A stretch of DNA of 64,000 nucleotides from Truepera sp. (GCA_965218435.1 CBDCKW010000009.1:2080001-2144000), one strand, 5' to 3'. Positions 23,612 to 33,941 are shown, counted from the stretch's first letter. Numbers and translations are program-made. The notes: generated by a model from the sequence alone, not told the origin.

Positions 23612-25065
23612 GACCTGTAAATGTCCCTGAGCTGACGCGCCGCCGCACCCGGGTTCGGTCCCGCGTCCAGGTTCAGCCCCTGCCTGCGCCCCAAGCGGAG
23701 TCGGACTACGGTTCCTTACGGCTTCGGCGCGGCTGGCTTTTCGTCTTGTGCCTAGGTCTTCCCCTCTTGCTGGGATTAGGTGGCTTTGTGGGGGCCGGGA
23801 TTCGGCTTCCGAGCTGGCCTGCGCTGTTGGCGGAACCCCCGTTACGCGGCACGATTTACGCCGCCGACGGCACCGTCTTAGCCGAAGGTGACGCCGAAGC
23901 GCGGAGTTACCCCCAGGGAACCTTGGCCGCACAGCTGCTCGGGTTTAGCGGCGCTGAACAACCCGATAAGACCCACGGGTTAGAGGGGCTCGAGCGCAAA
24001 CTCGATACCGAATTACAAGCCGGTCACAGCGTCACGCTGACGCTCGACCCGAACGTTCAGGGCATCGTTCAGACCGAACTAGAACACGCGGTTAAACTCC
24101 ACGGCGCACGAAACGGCGTGATGGTCATGCTCGAGGCCGGGTCGGGCCGGGTGCTGGCGAGCGCGTCGTATCCGACCTTTGACCCCAATACCCAGGGAAA
24201 TTTGGTCGGCTCCGGCCGCGACGTTATCGGCAACAGCCCGATGATGGCCGCCGTTGAACCCGGTTCGGTGATGAAACCCTTTGTCGTCGCAGCTTTGCTA
24301 CAAGACCATAAACTCCGGGCCGACGAGGTGTTGGATGTAGCGATGCAGCGGCGGGTCGGCAGCAAAACGTTTACGGACGTAACCGCCCACGAACCAACTC
24401 TGGCGATTAAGGACATTTTGCGGTACTCGTCTAACGTCGGGATGATCGAACTCGGTGAACGCTTCTCGTCGGAGGAGCTGGCCGCTTGGTATCACCGCTA
24501 CGGTTTCGGAGAGCCCGTCGGCGTCCACTTTGCCAGCAGCGCCGCCGGGATCATCAACCCGCCCGAAAATTGGGTGCCACAAGATCACGCCTCGGCGGTG
24601 ATCGGTCAGAGCATGTCGGCGACCGCCTTACAACTCGCGGCAGCCTACAGCATCTTCGCTAATGACGGGCGCTACGTGACGCCGCAAGTCGTCGAGTCCG
24701 AAGTAGGTAAAGTCGCGGCCACACAAATTTTAGACCCGGCGGTGGCGCGTACGGTCCGGGGGATGCTCACCTATACGGTTCAAAACAGCGGCCTTAAAGC
24801 CGCCAAGATTCCGGGCGTCGAGGTGGCCGGTAAGTCCGGCAGCGCCGACCTTTTTGATATCGCCAAGGGTAAATATATCGACGCCGGAACCTTGTCGTTT
24901 GCGGGCATGTTCCCAGCCGAACATCCCAAGGTCATCGGCGTCATGTATTTGCAACGCGTCAAAGAAAAAGGAGCCTTAAGTGTATCGGTCACCGCGCCCG
25001 CCTTTCGTGAGATCGGCGCACAAACGGTCGCACTATGGGATGAGGCGGCGCTCGAGGGTCACTAA
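23602..25065 (+). CDS. ftsI: class B penicillin-binding protein (FtsI-like transpeptidase)
   Basis: RGTIY, GLEGLE, SxxK (GSVMK), SxN (SSN) and KSG motifs. Short pedestal domain. Confidence 0.88.
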   Translation: MALRPVNVPELTRRRTRVRSRVQVQPLPAPQAESDYGSLRLRRGWLFVLCLGLPLLLGLGGFVGAGIRLPSWPALLAEPPLRGTIYAADGTVLAEGDAEARSYPQGTLAAQLLGFSGAEQPDKTHGLEGLERKLDTELQAGHSVTLTLDPNVQGIVQTELEHAVKLHGARNGVMVMLEAGSGRVLASASYPTFDPNTQGNLVGSGRDVIGNSPMMAAVEPGSVMKPFVVAALLQDHKLRADEVLDVAMQRRVGSKTFTDVTAHEPTLAIKDILRYSSNVGMIELGERFSSEELAAWYHRYGFGEPVGVHFASSAAGIINPPENWVPQDHASAVIGQSMSATALQLAAAYSIFANDGRYVTPQVVESEVGKVAATQILDPAVARTVRGMLTYTVQNSGLKAAKIPGVEVAGKSGSADLFDIAKGKYIDAGTLSFAGMFPAEHPKVIGVMYLQRVKEKGALSVSVTAPAFREIGAQTVALWDEAALEGH

Positions 25066-25109
25066 GTTATGGCTCCATTACGGCTGAGGCAAGTAGGTGT
25101 ATAATGAGT

Positions 25110-25190
25110 ATGATGCGCATAGTGCTCAGTAGCTATACCCCTATCTGCACCTTTACTTATATTGTGCTGGGGGGCCGGAGGCTTACGTGA
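25110..25190 (+). CDS. putative leaderless small ORF upstream of murF
   Basis: TATAAT at 25100-25105, then ATG ATG. Translates as MMRIVLSSYTPICTFTYIVLGGRRLT*. The TGA overlaps the murF GTG (GTGA). Confidence 0.35.
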   Translation: MMRIVLSSYTPICTFTYIVLGGRRLT

Positions 25191-26491
25191 TAGAGCCGTA
25201 CAACCTAAACCCGGAGAGACTCGCCGAACAAGGCCGTGGGCGTGCCGCCCCTGATCTGCCTGCTGCTGGCGGCGTTAGCTTTCACAGTCAGCGCGTCCGT
25301 CCCCGCGACGCTTTTTTTGCGCTGCCCGGCGCAGCCGAACACGGGTTGCGTTACGCGGGCGCGGCGCTCGCGGCGGGCGCTGCTTATATCGTTTCCGACA
25401 GGCCGCACCCGCGGGGCGTGACCGTTCCCGACCCGGCAGGGCTTCTGTTAGCGTTAGGGGCCGACGCCCGGAGCGCACTCCAGGGAATCGTCATCGGCGT
25501 CACCGGTTCGGCAGGGAAAACGACGTGTAAGGCTCTTTTAGGTGCCGCTTTGGAGGCTGAAGTTACACCGGGCAATTTCAATACGCCCTTTGCCCTCGCG
25601 CAGACTTTAGTGAACACTGCCGCACAAGGTCACACCGGAAAAAACGCACGGCTCGTGCTCGAGCTGGGCATCGACCACCCCGGCGAGATGGACACGCTGC
25701 TAGCACTCGCGCGGCCCACGCACGCCGTTTTGACGCTGATTGCGCCGAGTCACCTGGCCGGTTTAGGCAGCGTCGCGGGCGTCGCCCGCGAAAAGCTCAA
25801 GCTCGTTGACGCCGCTGAGTACGCGCTCGTCAGCACGCAAGCCGCAGCTTTTTTGAGCTCGGCGCAGCGGCGCAGGGTCGTCACGTACGGGTTCAAAAAT
25901 GCCGACGTGACCGGAACGCTTTCCGACATTTCAGCTAAGGGTCAGACTCTCTCAGCTCTCGGCGTCAAAGTTAACTTGCCGTTTGTCGGGGCGGCGCTCG
26001 CTGAGAGCGCGTTGGCAGCTCTCGCCTTAGCTGCGCAGCTGGGCGATGACTTGGGGGCTGCGGCAACGAAACTAGCGCACGTCCGGCGCGAGCCCGGTCG
26101 CTTGCAAGTCCATCAGTTGGGGCCGCTCACGCTGTTAGACGATTCGTACAACAGCAATCCTGCGTCGGCAGCGGCGGCGCTGGAAACTTTACGGCACTTT
26201 CCGAGGCCGCACGCCGCAGTTTTGGGCGACATGCTCGAGCTCGGCGCAGGTTCGGCGCGGTTTCATAGAGAATTAGGCGAACAAACGACCGGATTAGACA
26301 AGGTCATTGCAGTGGGGCCGGAGATGCGGGCACTTTTACGGGGAAACTCAGCTGCACATTACTTTGAAACGTTTGACTTAAAAACGCTGCTGGCCGAACT
26401 GCCCGAACGCGGGACGCTGCTGGTCAAGGGCTCGAGGGGGACGCGGCTCGAGCGCCTTGTCACGGCCCTTCTTGAAGGAGTCGGCGCGTGA
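25187..26491 (+). CDS. murF: UDP-MurNAc-tripeptide--D-Ala-D-Ala ligase
   Basis: Motifs GVTGSAGKTT, GNFN, DDSYNSNP, LGDMLELG and LVKGSRG. Confidence 0.95.
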   Translation: MIEPYNLNPERLAEQGRGRAAPDLPAAGGVSFHSQRVRPRDAFFALPGAAEHGLRYAGAALAAGAAYIVSDRPHPRGVTVPDPAGLLLALGADARSALQGIVIGVTGSAGKTTCKALLGAALEAEVTPGNFNTPFALAQTLVNTAAQGHTGKNARLVLELGIDHPGEMDTLLALARPTHAVLTLIAPSHLAGLGSVAGVAREKLKLVDAAEYALVSTQAAAFLSSAQRRRVVTYGFKNADVTGTLSDISAKGQTLSALGVKVNLPFVGAALAESALAALALAAQLGDDLGAAATKLAHVRREPGRLQVHQLGPLTLLDDSYNSNPASAAAALETLRHFPRPHAAVLGDMLELGAGSARFHRELGEQTTGLDKVIAVGPEMRALLRGNSAAHYFETFDLKTLLAELPERGTLLVKGSRGTRLERLVTALLEGVGA

Positions 26492-27507
26492 TTATCCTCG
26501 TCTCTGCGCTGCTGTCGCTCCTCTTCGTCGGCACTTTTATCCAGCTCGCACCCCGCTACGGGTGGGGCAAAGACATCCGTCCGGACGGACCGGATCACCA
26601 AGCCAAGGCCGGAACCCCGACGATGGGCGGCGCGGCGTTTTTGCTGGCGGCACTGTTAACGTGGCTTTTTTTCGGCAGCCCCGGTGTGGACAGCCTCGCC
26701 GTCGCTCTCTTAACGCTCGCCGTCGCAGGCTTGGGACTGTTGGACGACCTCACCGCCCTCCGCAAAAAGCGGCGTGTCACCAGCTCGGCAGAGGAACCCT
26801 CACCCAAACCACCGCTTAAAACGCCTTTAGTGACGGTTACAAAAACCGATGCCGAACCCGGTGAAGCTGACGAAACAGAGGATAAACCTAGAATGACGCT
26901 TGACCTGACGACGGGCGTGTTGGCACGCTACCGGCTGCTCGTCCAGGCGCTGGCGGCGCTGCCTTTTGCTATCTACGCCGTAAGGAACGGGCAAGAGCTG
27001 TTCGGCTCGGGCTTGATTGACACGCTCGGATTCATGTTTATTATCGTCGGGGCGATTAACGCGCTCAACTTTAGCGACGGCCTAGACGGGCTCGCCGGAG
27101 GGATAGCGATCATTATCTTGCTGCCGTTTATCGGCGTAAGTTTCGTCGGGGCGCTCGTCGGGGCGCTGCTCGGCTTTTTGTGGTTTAACATTCACCCGTC
27201 AAGGGTCTTTATGGGCGGCGTCGGGTCAGAGGCGTTAGGGGCCGCCGTTGCAGGGACAGCGATCTTGGCGGGTTGGGGCTGGTGGCTGCCGCTCATTGCC
27301 CTGGTGCCGATGCTCGAGGTCGTCTCGGTCATCATTCAGGTGCCTTACTTCCGCTTAACCGGCGGCAAACGGTTTTTTAAGATGACGCCGCTGCATCATC
27401 ACTTTGAAAAGTCGGGCTGGCCGGAGACTCAGGTCACGCTCCGTTTTTGGCTCGTCACGGCAGTCTGTGTCGGGCTGGCGTGGGGCCTTAAAGGTGGGCT
27501 GCAGTGA
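26488..27507 (+). CDS. mraY: phospho-MurNAc-pentapeptide transferase
   Basis: Motifs KAGTPTMGG, GLLDD, NFSDGLDGL, FMGGVGS and PLHHHFE. Confidence 0.96.
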   Translation: MIILVSALLSLLFVGTFIQLAPRYGWGKDIRPDGPDHQAKAGTPTMGGAAFLLAALLTWLFFGSPGVDSLAVALLTLAVAGLGLLDDLTALRKKRRVTSSAEEPSPKPPLKTPLVTVTKTDAEPGEADETEDKPRMTLDLTTGVLARYRLLVQALAALPFAIYAVRNGQELFGSGLIDTLGFMFIIVGAINALNFSDGLDGLAGGIAIIILLPFIGVSFVGALVGALLGFLWFNIHPSRVFMGGVGSEALGAAVAGTAILAGWGWWLPLIALVPMLEVVSVIIQVPYFRLTGGKRFFKMTPLHHHFEKSGWPETQVTLRFWLVTAVCVGLAWGLKGGLQ

Positions 27508-28886
27508 GTCAGCTCGGCGTATCTAAAAAAGTGCTTGTTTACGGCCTCGGGCGGAGCGGCAGCGCCGTAGCGCAGCTGTTACGGCGGCAGGGTCATGAGG
27601 TCTGGACCTATGACGCCGCAGCACCGCAAGGTGACGAGTTAGCCGTGCTCGGCTGCATCCGCACCGACACGCCGCTGACAGTACCAGCAGACCTCTGTAT
27701 CGCCGCCCCCGGTGTCCCTTACGACGCGCCTGACTTGCTGGCGTTAAGAGCGCGAGGCGTCGAGACCATCGGCGAAGTCGAGTGGGTTTACCGCTCCGTC
27801 CCCGCTGAGATCATCGGCATCACCGGCACTGCCGGAAAAACGACGACGACACGCTGGCTCTCGCACGTCTTGACGAATGCAGGGCTCGACGCGCCTGCGG
27901 GCGGCAACGTGGACCCGGCGCTCGCCGCCGTCGCCGAACCGGGCGCGACGCTCGTGACCGAACTCTCGTCGTTTCAACTCGAGCGGTGCCCCACCCTCAA
28001 ACCGAAGGTCGCTGTGCTGCTCAATTTAGGCGTAGACCACCTCGACCGGCACGGCTCGGTGGCGGCGTACCACGCCGCTAAACGCACCCTGATCCAGCAC
28101 CTGACCGGGGCCGAAACACTGGTCTACAACCAAGACGATCCGGTGTTGCGGAGGTGGGCTGCCGAGTCGGAGGCAAGGGCGTGGGGATTCTCAGCGTCCA
28201 ATCCTGACGCTAAAGCGTATATAGACGGCGACACGCTCACGCTGCACGGTGCGCCGCTGGTCACCGCAGCCGAGCTGCAGCTTGCCGGACAGCACCACCT
28301 GCTAAACGCGCTCGCGGTCGCGCTGGCGGCGTCCGCGCGGGGTCTGGGCGCTGAGGCGATACGGGCCGGACTCACTACCTTTACCGGCGTGCCGGGGCGT
28401 TACAGCCTGGTTGCCGAAGCCGCGGGCGTCCGCTTTATTGAAGATTCGGTCGCGACGCGGACCCTCGCCGTGTTGGCAGCGTTAGAGGCGACGCCCGCCC
28501 CGATTGTCTGGCTGGTCGGCGGGCAAGATAAGGGCGCGGACTTGGCCCCGTTAGAGGCGCTCGTACGGGCCAGGGTCGTGCGCTGCATCGGTCTCGGTGA
28601 AGCGGGCAGAGGGTTTACCGAACGCATGGCTTCCTGGACAGCCGTGCGTTATGTTGAGACCGAAGACGGTGAACGGGCGCTGCTCGAGGCGGTTACCCTG
28701 GCCGCAGCGACCTTACGTGAGAGCGGTGGGACGGTCCTCTTGGCTCCTCTAGCCGCTTCATTCGATCAGTTTCGTGACTACCGGGTGCGCGCTGACGCCT
28801 TTCGCCGCGCTGTACATAGCGTCGTCGCGCAGCTGAGGACTGAGCGACCCGCCGCAGAAAGCGCCTTATGGACCCTCTCTTACTAG
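27504..28886 (+). CDS. murD: UDP-MurNAc-L-Ala--D-Glu ligase
   Basis: Motifs GLGRSG, GITGTAGKTTT, ELSSFQLE, DHLDRH and ASFDQF. Confidence 0.96.
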   Translation: MSQLGVSKKVLVYGLGRSGSAVAQLLRRQGHEVWTYDAAAPQGDELAVLGCIRTDTPLTVPADLCIAAPGVPYDAPDLLALRARGVETIGEVEWVYRSVPAEIIGITGTAGKTTTTRWLSHVLTNAGLDAPAGGNVDPALAAVAEPGATLVTELSSFQLERCPTLKPKVAVLLNLGVDHLDRHGSVAAYHAAKRTLIQHLTGAETLVYNQDDPVLRRWAAESEARAWGFSASNPDAKAYIDGDTLTLHGAPLVTAAELQLAGQHHLLNALAVALAASARGLGAEAIRAGLTTFTGVPGRYSLVAEAAGVRFIEDSVATRTLAVLAALEATPAPIVWLVGGQDKGADLAPLEALVRARVVRCIGLGEAGRGFTERMASWTAVRYVETEDGERALLEAVTLAAATLRESGGTVLLAPLAASFDQFRDYRVRADAFRRAVHSVVAQLRTERPAAESALWTLSY

Positions 28887-29989
28887 CCGCGCAGCTGACG
28901 CTCGGCGCACTCGGCGTCCTCGGGGTCGCCGCCGCCAACCCGGACCTTGCAGCAGACCATTTTTGGCGCGTTCTCTTTGCGCTCATCATCACCTTTCTCG
29001 TCGCCCGCCTTTCCCCGCAGCGCGTGGTTAAACTCAGCACCGGCTTCTTTTTGAGTGTGCTGGCGCTGCTCGTCCTCGTATTGTTCGTCGGCATTTCGCC
29101 CGACGGTAGCGAGGCGAACCGCTGGCTCAATTTGGGTTTTTTTACCCTGCAACCTTCGGAACTGATGAAAGTCGCCGTGATCGCCTACCTGACCGCCTTT
29201 TTTCACAACCATTTGAGCAGCTTTCAGGTGTGGCGGCCGCTGCTGATGATCGGTTTCGCCGTCGCGCTCATTATTTTTGAACCCAATATCAGCACCGCTC
29301 TTTTTATCTTTTTGTTGGGACTCGCTATCATGGTCGCCGCCGGGACGACGCTTTGGCGACTTGTCCGGCTCAATCTGCTCGTCGCCGTTTTTGCCATCTT
29401 AATCGTCGCGCCGTTTCTCAACGCGCAGTATCCTTACCTCGCCGCGCGTGTCGGCGCACATTTCGGGACGCTGGGCACGGCTGAATCCGAAGCTCTCAAC
29501 TACCAAGCCGACCGCGCCACCGAGTATCTACGCGGCGCAGGTGTGGTCGGGGTCGGGCCGGGGCAACCTTACTACTTACCGGCCAGGGACACCGATATGA
29601 TCGCTGTTTCCGTCGGGCGCGCCCTCGGGCTCATCGGCACGGCGACGCTTTTTGCGCTCTACTTGCTGATCGCCCTGCGCGGGATTCAGGTCGCCTCGAG
29701 AGTCACCGGTCCCGGTTCACTGTTAGCCATCGGCGCAACGACCTATATCTGTGGGCAGGCAGCACTCAATCTTCTGGTAGCGGCCAAACTCGTGCCGGTG
29801 ACCGGCGTGCCGCTGCCGTTTGTCTCTTACGGCTTTAACAGCCTGATTTCGGTAGCAATGGCGCTGGGCTTTTTGCACGCGGCTTACCGCGCGGCGCGGG
29901 TGCAAGCAGGGGCACAAGCTTCTGCGCCGGTAGCGTCAGCGGTGGAGTCAGCCGAGACCGAGCCACCTTTACGGCGGGTTAAAGCGTGA
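28868..29989 (+). CDS. ftsW: SEDS peptidoglycan polymerase FtsW
   Basis: Motifs RWL..GFFTLQPSELMK and PVTGVPLPFVSYG. Confidence 0.93.
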   Translation: MDPLLLAAQLTLGALGVLGVAAANPDLAADHFWRVLFALIITFLVARLSPQRVVKLSTGFFLSVLALLVLVLFVGISPDGSEANRWLNLGFFTLQPSELMKVAVIAYLTAFFHNHLSSFQVWRPLLMIGFAVALIIFEPNISTALFIFLLGLAIMVAAGTTLWRLVRLNLLVAVFAILIVAPFLNAQYPYLAARVGAHFGTLGTAESEALNYQADRATEYLRGAGVVGVGPGQPYYLPARDTDMIAVSVGRALGLIGTATLFALYLLIALRGIQVASRVTGPGSLLAIGATTYICGQAALNLLVAAKLVPVTGVPLPFVSYGFNSLISVAMALGFLHAAYRAARVQAGAQASAPVASAVESAETEPPLRRVKA

Positions 29990-31101
29990 GCCTCGTCGTT
30001 TTCGCCACCGGCGGCACCGGCGGCCACATCTACCCGGCCGTCGCAACCGCTCAGGAGCTGGCGCAGCAGGGGGTTGACACCGTCTTTGTAGGCCAAGCGG
30101 GGGGGCTCGAGGCGCGAGCTGTGCCCGCTGCAGGTCTCCCCTTTTACGGCGTGCGGGCAGGCAAGTGGCACCGAGGTCGCCCCGACCCTCGGCAGGCGGT
30201 CCGAGCTGCGCTCGGTTTGCAGGACGCGGTGACGCTGTTACGCCGTCTTCGTCCCGACCTCGTGTTGGGGTTCGGCGGCTTCGCCAGTTTTCCGGCGCTC
30301 GCTGCCGCCAGAACTTTAGGTATTCCTTACGCGCTGCACGAGCAAAACGTCTTTCCCGGCAAAGTCGTGCGCTGGTTTGCCGGGGGCGCACGGTTTATTG
30401 CTGTGGCAGGTTCTGAAACGAACGTCCATCTGGGGGCTAATCCACGCGCCAAGGTCGTCCCGATAGGATTGCCGGTTCGTGAAGTACGCCTAGACAAGGC
30501 CGAAGCGCGTCGCCGGTTGGGGTTACCCGAAACGGGTACGTTGACGCTGGTGATGGGCGGCTCACAGGGCTCCGTCGTCCTCAACCAAGCTGTTCCCAAA
30601 GCGTTTGCGGCGCTGCCCGAGGCGCTTAAAACCGATCTTCAGGTCTTGCACAGCAGTGGTCCGGCGAACTTAGAAGTGACCCGCCGTGCTACTGAGGGCC
30701 TGCCGAACTACCGGGTGGACGCTTACTTGGAGGGCGTGTTAGCGTGGTCTGCGGCTGACCTGGGCGTGACCCGGAGCGGGAACGGCACGCTCGCCGAGGC
30801 TGCGTTTCACGGGGTGCCGCTTGTGATGGTACCGCTGCCGACGGCTGCCGAAAACCATCAGCTTTATAACGCCGAGGCAGTACAGACGGCGGGCGCAGGA
30901 CTCGTCGTTGAGGAACGTTCGCTCGGCACACTCGCCCAAGCTTGGACCGAACTGTTAGATGGGCACACGCGTCAAAAGATGAGTGTCCGAGCGCAGCTGC
31001 GCTCGCCTGAGGGCGCTGCGGCGCGCTTAGCCGAGTTGGTCAACCACACGTTGGAGGCTGCGCCGGAACATAGGCAGAACAGGATGCAGAGAACGTCATG
31101 A
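29986..31101 (+). CDS. murG: lipid II GlcNAc transferase
   Basis: Motifs GGTGGHIYPA, HEQN, GGSQG and HQLYNA. Confidence 0.97.
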   Translation: MSLVVFATGGTGGHIYPAVATAQELAQQGVDTVFVGQAGGLEARAVPAAGLPFYGVRAGKWHRGRPDPRQAVRAALGLQDAVTLLRRLRPDLVLGFGGFASFPALAAARTLGIPYALHEQNVFPGKVVRWFAGGARFIAVAGSETNVHLGANPRAKVVPIGLPVREVRLDKAEARRRLGLPETGTLTLVMGGSQGSVVLNQAVPKAFAALPEALKTDLQVLHSSGPANLEVTRRATEGLPNYRVDAYLEGVLAWSAADLGVTRSGNGTLAEAAFHGVPLVMVPLPTAAENHQLYNAEAVQTAGAGLVVEERSLGTLAQAWTELLDGHTRQKMSVRAQLRSPEGAAARLAELVNHTLEAAPEHRQNRMQRTS

Positions 31102-32474
31102 AACCCCACCTTCACTTTATGGGTATCGCCGGGGTCGGCATGAGCGGGCTGGCCCGCTGGTATTTGGCCGACGGCTACCCGGTATCGGGGTGCGACGCCT
31201 TTGACAGTGCTGAATTGCAGACGCTCCGGCAGCAAGGCGTTGAAGCGTCTTTGGGTCATGACGCGGGCCATGTGGCGCACGCGGACATCTTAGTCAGCAG
31301 TATGGCGGTCCCGACGACGCACCCTGAAATTCAGGCGGCTTTGGCGCAGGGCAAGCCCTCGCTACGCCGTATCGAGCTGTTGGCGCAGCTTTTAGCCACG
31401 CGCCGCAGCGTCGCGGTGACCGGGACGCACGGTAAGAGCACGACCACCGGGATGATCGCCACGCTGTTTCTTAAGGCCAACCTCGACCCCTCGATCCTCG
31501 TCGGCGGACAGCTGACGAGTCTGAGGAGCAACGTCCGGTACGGGCACGGGCCGTGGCTCGTCGCTGAAGTAGACGAGTCCGATCCGGGCTTCGCTGGACT
31601 CTCTGCAGAGATTGCCGTGGTGACCAACTTAGAAGATGACCACATCGCCGGAGAGTTTGACGAGCGGCGTAACTATCACGCGAGCATGGGGGATTTAGAG
31701 GGAGCCGCCCGCACCTTTGCAGGACGCGCAGGGCACGTCTTATACTGCGCCGACTGGTCCGGTCTGGGCGAGACGTTAGGGAATCTCCCGCAAAGTGTCT
31801 CTTACGGGTTTGCCAAGAACGCGACCTACCGCGCCGAAATCTGTGAGCTGACCGGGCAGCGCAGCACCTTTACCTTTTACGCGCCCGGTGAGCAGTGCGA
31901 GGTCAAGCTCCCGGTACCGGGCCGTTACAACGTCCAGAATGCGGCAGCGGCGCTCGGGGCGGCGCACCTGGCGGGGCTCGAGCTAACCTCAGCCGCCGAA
32001 CACTTAGCGACCTTTAGCGGCGTCGGGCGGCGCTGGCAACGTGTGGGGAGTGTACGCGGCGCACTCGTGATTGACGACTACGCGCATCATCCGACCGAGG
32101 TTAGGGTCACGCTTCAGGCCGCACGTCACACCGGACGCCGCGTCCGGGCGGTGTTGCAACCGCACCGCTGGGTCCGCACGGCTCGCCACTGGGCCGCGCT
32201 CGCCGACGCTGCCGCCCTTGCCGATGAGGTATTAGTTTTAGACATCTACGCGGCGGGCGAAGCGGCGATTCCCGGTGTGTCGGCGGCGCGTATCGTCGAG
32301 CGGTTGCGGGCGGCCGGAACCACCGCCGACCTCACCACCGCCGCTGCTGCCCAGACCTATCTGGGCGAAACGCTTAAAGACGGCGACCTCATCATCACGC
32401 TCGGGGCGGGCGACGTGTGGCGCGTCGCTGAAGGGGTCGTCGGGGACGCCGGAGGGGATGACGGCAGTGCGTGA
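31098..32474 (+). CDS. murC: UDP-MurNAc--L-alanine ligase
   Basis: Motifs GIAGVGMSGLA, GTHGKSTTT, EVDESD, DDYAHHPTE and QPHR. Confidence 0.97.
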   Translation: MKPHLHFMGIAGVGMSGLARWYLADGYPVSGCDAFDSAELQTLRQQGVEASLGHDAGHVAHADILVSSMAVPTTHPEIQAALAQGKPSLRRIELLAQLLATRRSVAVTGTHGKSTTTGMIATLFLKANLDPSILVGGQLTSLRSNVRYGHGPWLVAEVDESDPGFAGLSAEIAVVTNLEDDHIAGEFDERRNYHASMGDLEGAARTFAGRAGHVLYCADWSGLGETLGNLPQSVSYGFAKNATYRAEICELTGQRSTFTFYAPGEQCEVKLPVPGRYNVQNAAAALGAAHLAGLELTSAAEHLATFSGVGRRWQRVGSVRGALVIDDYAHHPTEVRVTLQAARHTGRRVRAVLQPHRWVRTARHWAALADAAALADEVLVLDIYAAGEAAIPGVSAARIVERLRAAGTTADLTTAAAAQTYLGETLKDGDLIITLGAGDVWRVAEGVVGDAGGDDGSA

Positions 32475-33333
32475 GGGCCTGGTTAAACGCGTAGCGATGA
32501 GCAGCCTGACGACCCTCGGCGTCGGCGGCGAGGCGGAACTCTGGACGGTTGAAAACGACGCCGACCTCGCCGCCGCAACCCGTGAATCCTACCGGGTGCT
32601 GGGAGCCGGGTCGAACCTACTTGTCGCTGATGGGGGCGTCGGTGAGCGCGTGATTAAACTGGGTCGCAGTTTCAACGACGTCGGCGCGTTTACGGTGCCT
32701 GACGTATGGCTCGGCGCGGCGACGCCGCTGCCGGGACTCGTGCGGCGCGCTGCGGACGCGGGTTGGTCGGGGCTCGAGGGCCTCTTGGGTGTCCCGGCGG
32801 TACTAGGCGGCGCAGTCGCGATGAACGCCGGAACACGGTTTGGCGAGATAGCTGACACCCTACGTGAGGTTGAGGTGTTTGTAAATGGCGGGCCCGAGCG
32901 CCTCCCCGCCGACGCGTTGGAGTTCTCATACCGTCACAGTGAGTTGCCCCCCGGTACGGTCATCACCCGCGTGCGGCTGGCGCTGACACCTTCGTCACCG
33001 GAGCGGGTGCGGGCCAAGCTGACCCAAGTAGACGCGGCCCGCAAAGGCCAACCCAAAGTTAAATCTGCGGGTTGCGCCTTCAAAAACCCACCAGGCGACA
33101 GCGCCGGACGCCTGATTGACGCCGCCGGACTGAAAGGCTTACGGGTCGGCCAAGCTAAGGTCTCGGACGAGCACGGCAACTTTATCGTTAATCTCGGCGG
33201 CGCAACCGCGGCTGACGTGATGGCGCTTTTGGAACAGCTGCGGGCTCGAGTTGGCGTCCCGCTGACAACCGAATGGGAACTGTGGGGCTTTGACACGGCT
33301 CAGGCTGCACCACCGGAGTTGACGTGCGTCTAA
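32458..33333 (+). CDS. murB: UDP-N-acetylenolpyruvoylglucosamine reductase
   Basis: Motifs TTLGVGG, GAGSNLL, MNAG, SAGCAFKNP and HGNFIVN. ATG at 32458 after GGAGG. Confidence 0.95.
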   Translation: MTAVREGLVKRVAMSSLTTLGVGGEAELWTVENDADLAAATRESYRVLGAGSNLLVADGGVGERVIKLGRSFNDVGAFTVPDVWLGAATPLPGLVRRAADAGWSGLEGLLGVPAVLGGAVAMNAGTRFGEIADTLREVEVFVNGGPERLPADALEFSYRHSELPPGTVITRVRLALTPSSPERVRAKLTQVDAARKGQPKVKSAGCAFKNPPGDSAGRLIDAAGLKGLRVGQAKVSDEHGNFIVNLGGATAADVMALLEQLRARVGVPLTTEWELWGFDTAQAAPPELTCV

Positions 33334-33941
33334 TTCGCACCACCTTAAGCGTGCTTTTGGGACTTTCGCTGCTGGTCTTGGGCTCGAGCTTTTTTTACCC
33401 TAGAATCGAGCGCGTCCAGGTCTCGGGCGCGTCACACTACAGCGAAGCCGACATCCTCCGGTTGGCCCGGATCCGGGTCGGCTTTCCGCTCTTGTGGGTG
33501 ACGACCCAAAGGGTCGGGGTGTTAGCACGCGACCCGTGGATTTTGGGGCTGCACGTTGTCCGCAAATGGCCGCATACACTTTACCTAGCGGTCACTGAAC
33601 GGACGCCTGTTTTAGTCAAAGGGACGACCGCTTACGCCCTCGACGGCACGGTTTTACCGGGTGCGACGCCTGCGGATAGGGCAAAGGCTGTGCCCCTTAA
33701 AGGCTGGGGAGCCGACCGGAGCGCCGAAGCCCTCGAGATTTTCCGGCTCGTGGCACCTAGAGGCCCGCAGATGTTAAGCTACGCACCAAGCGGCTTTACG
33801 GTTAGCTTCGCTGGTTCTTCCCTCTACACGCCTGACGCAACACTTTTACGGGCGCACTGGGCGGCCTTTGTAGAGCAGCGAGCAGAGCGCGTCGCGGTCT
33901 ATCCGTGGGGAGTGAGCACACAAGTGAGTACAACAAGATGA
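33324..33941 (+). CDS. ftsQ: cell division protein FtsQ/DivIB
   Basis: TM plus POTRA domain (VQVSGASH...DPWI...WPHTL..AVTERTP). Lies before ftsA. Confidence 0.85.
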   Translation: MRLIRTTLSVLLGLSLLVLGSSFFYPRIERVQVSGASHYSEADILRLARIRVGFPLLWVTTQRVGVLARDPWILGLHVVRKWPHTLYLAVTERTPVLVKGTTAYALDGTVLPGATPADRAKAVPLKGWGADRSAEALEIFRLVAPRGPQMLSYAPSGFTVSFAGSSLYTPDATLLRAHWAAFVEQRAERVAVYPWGVSTQVSTTR

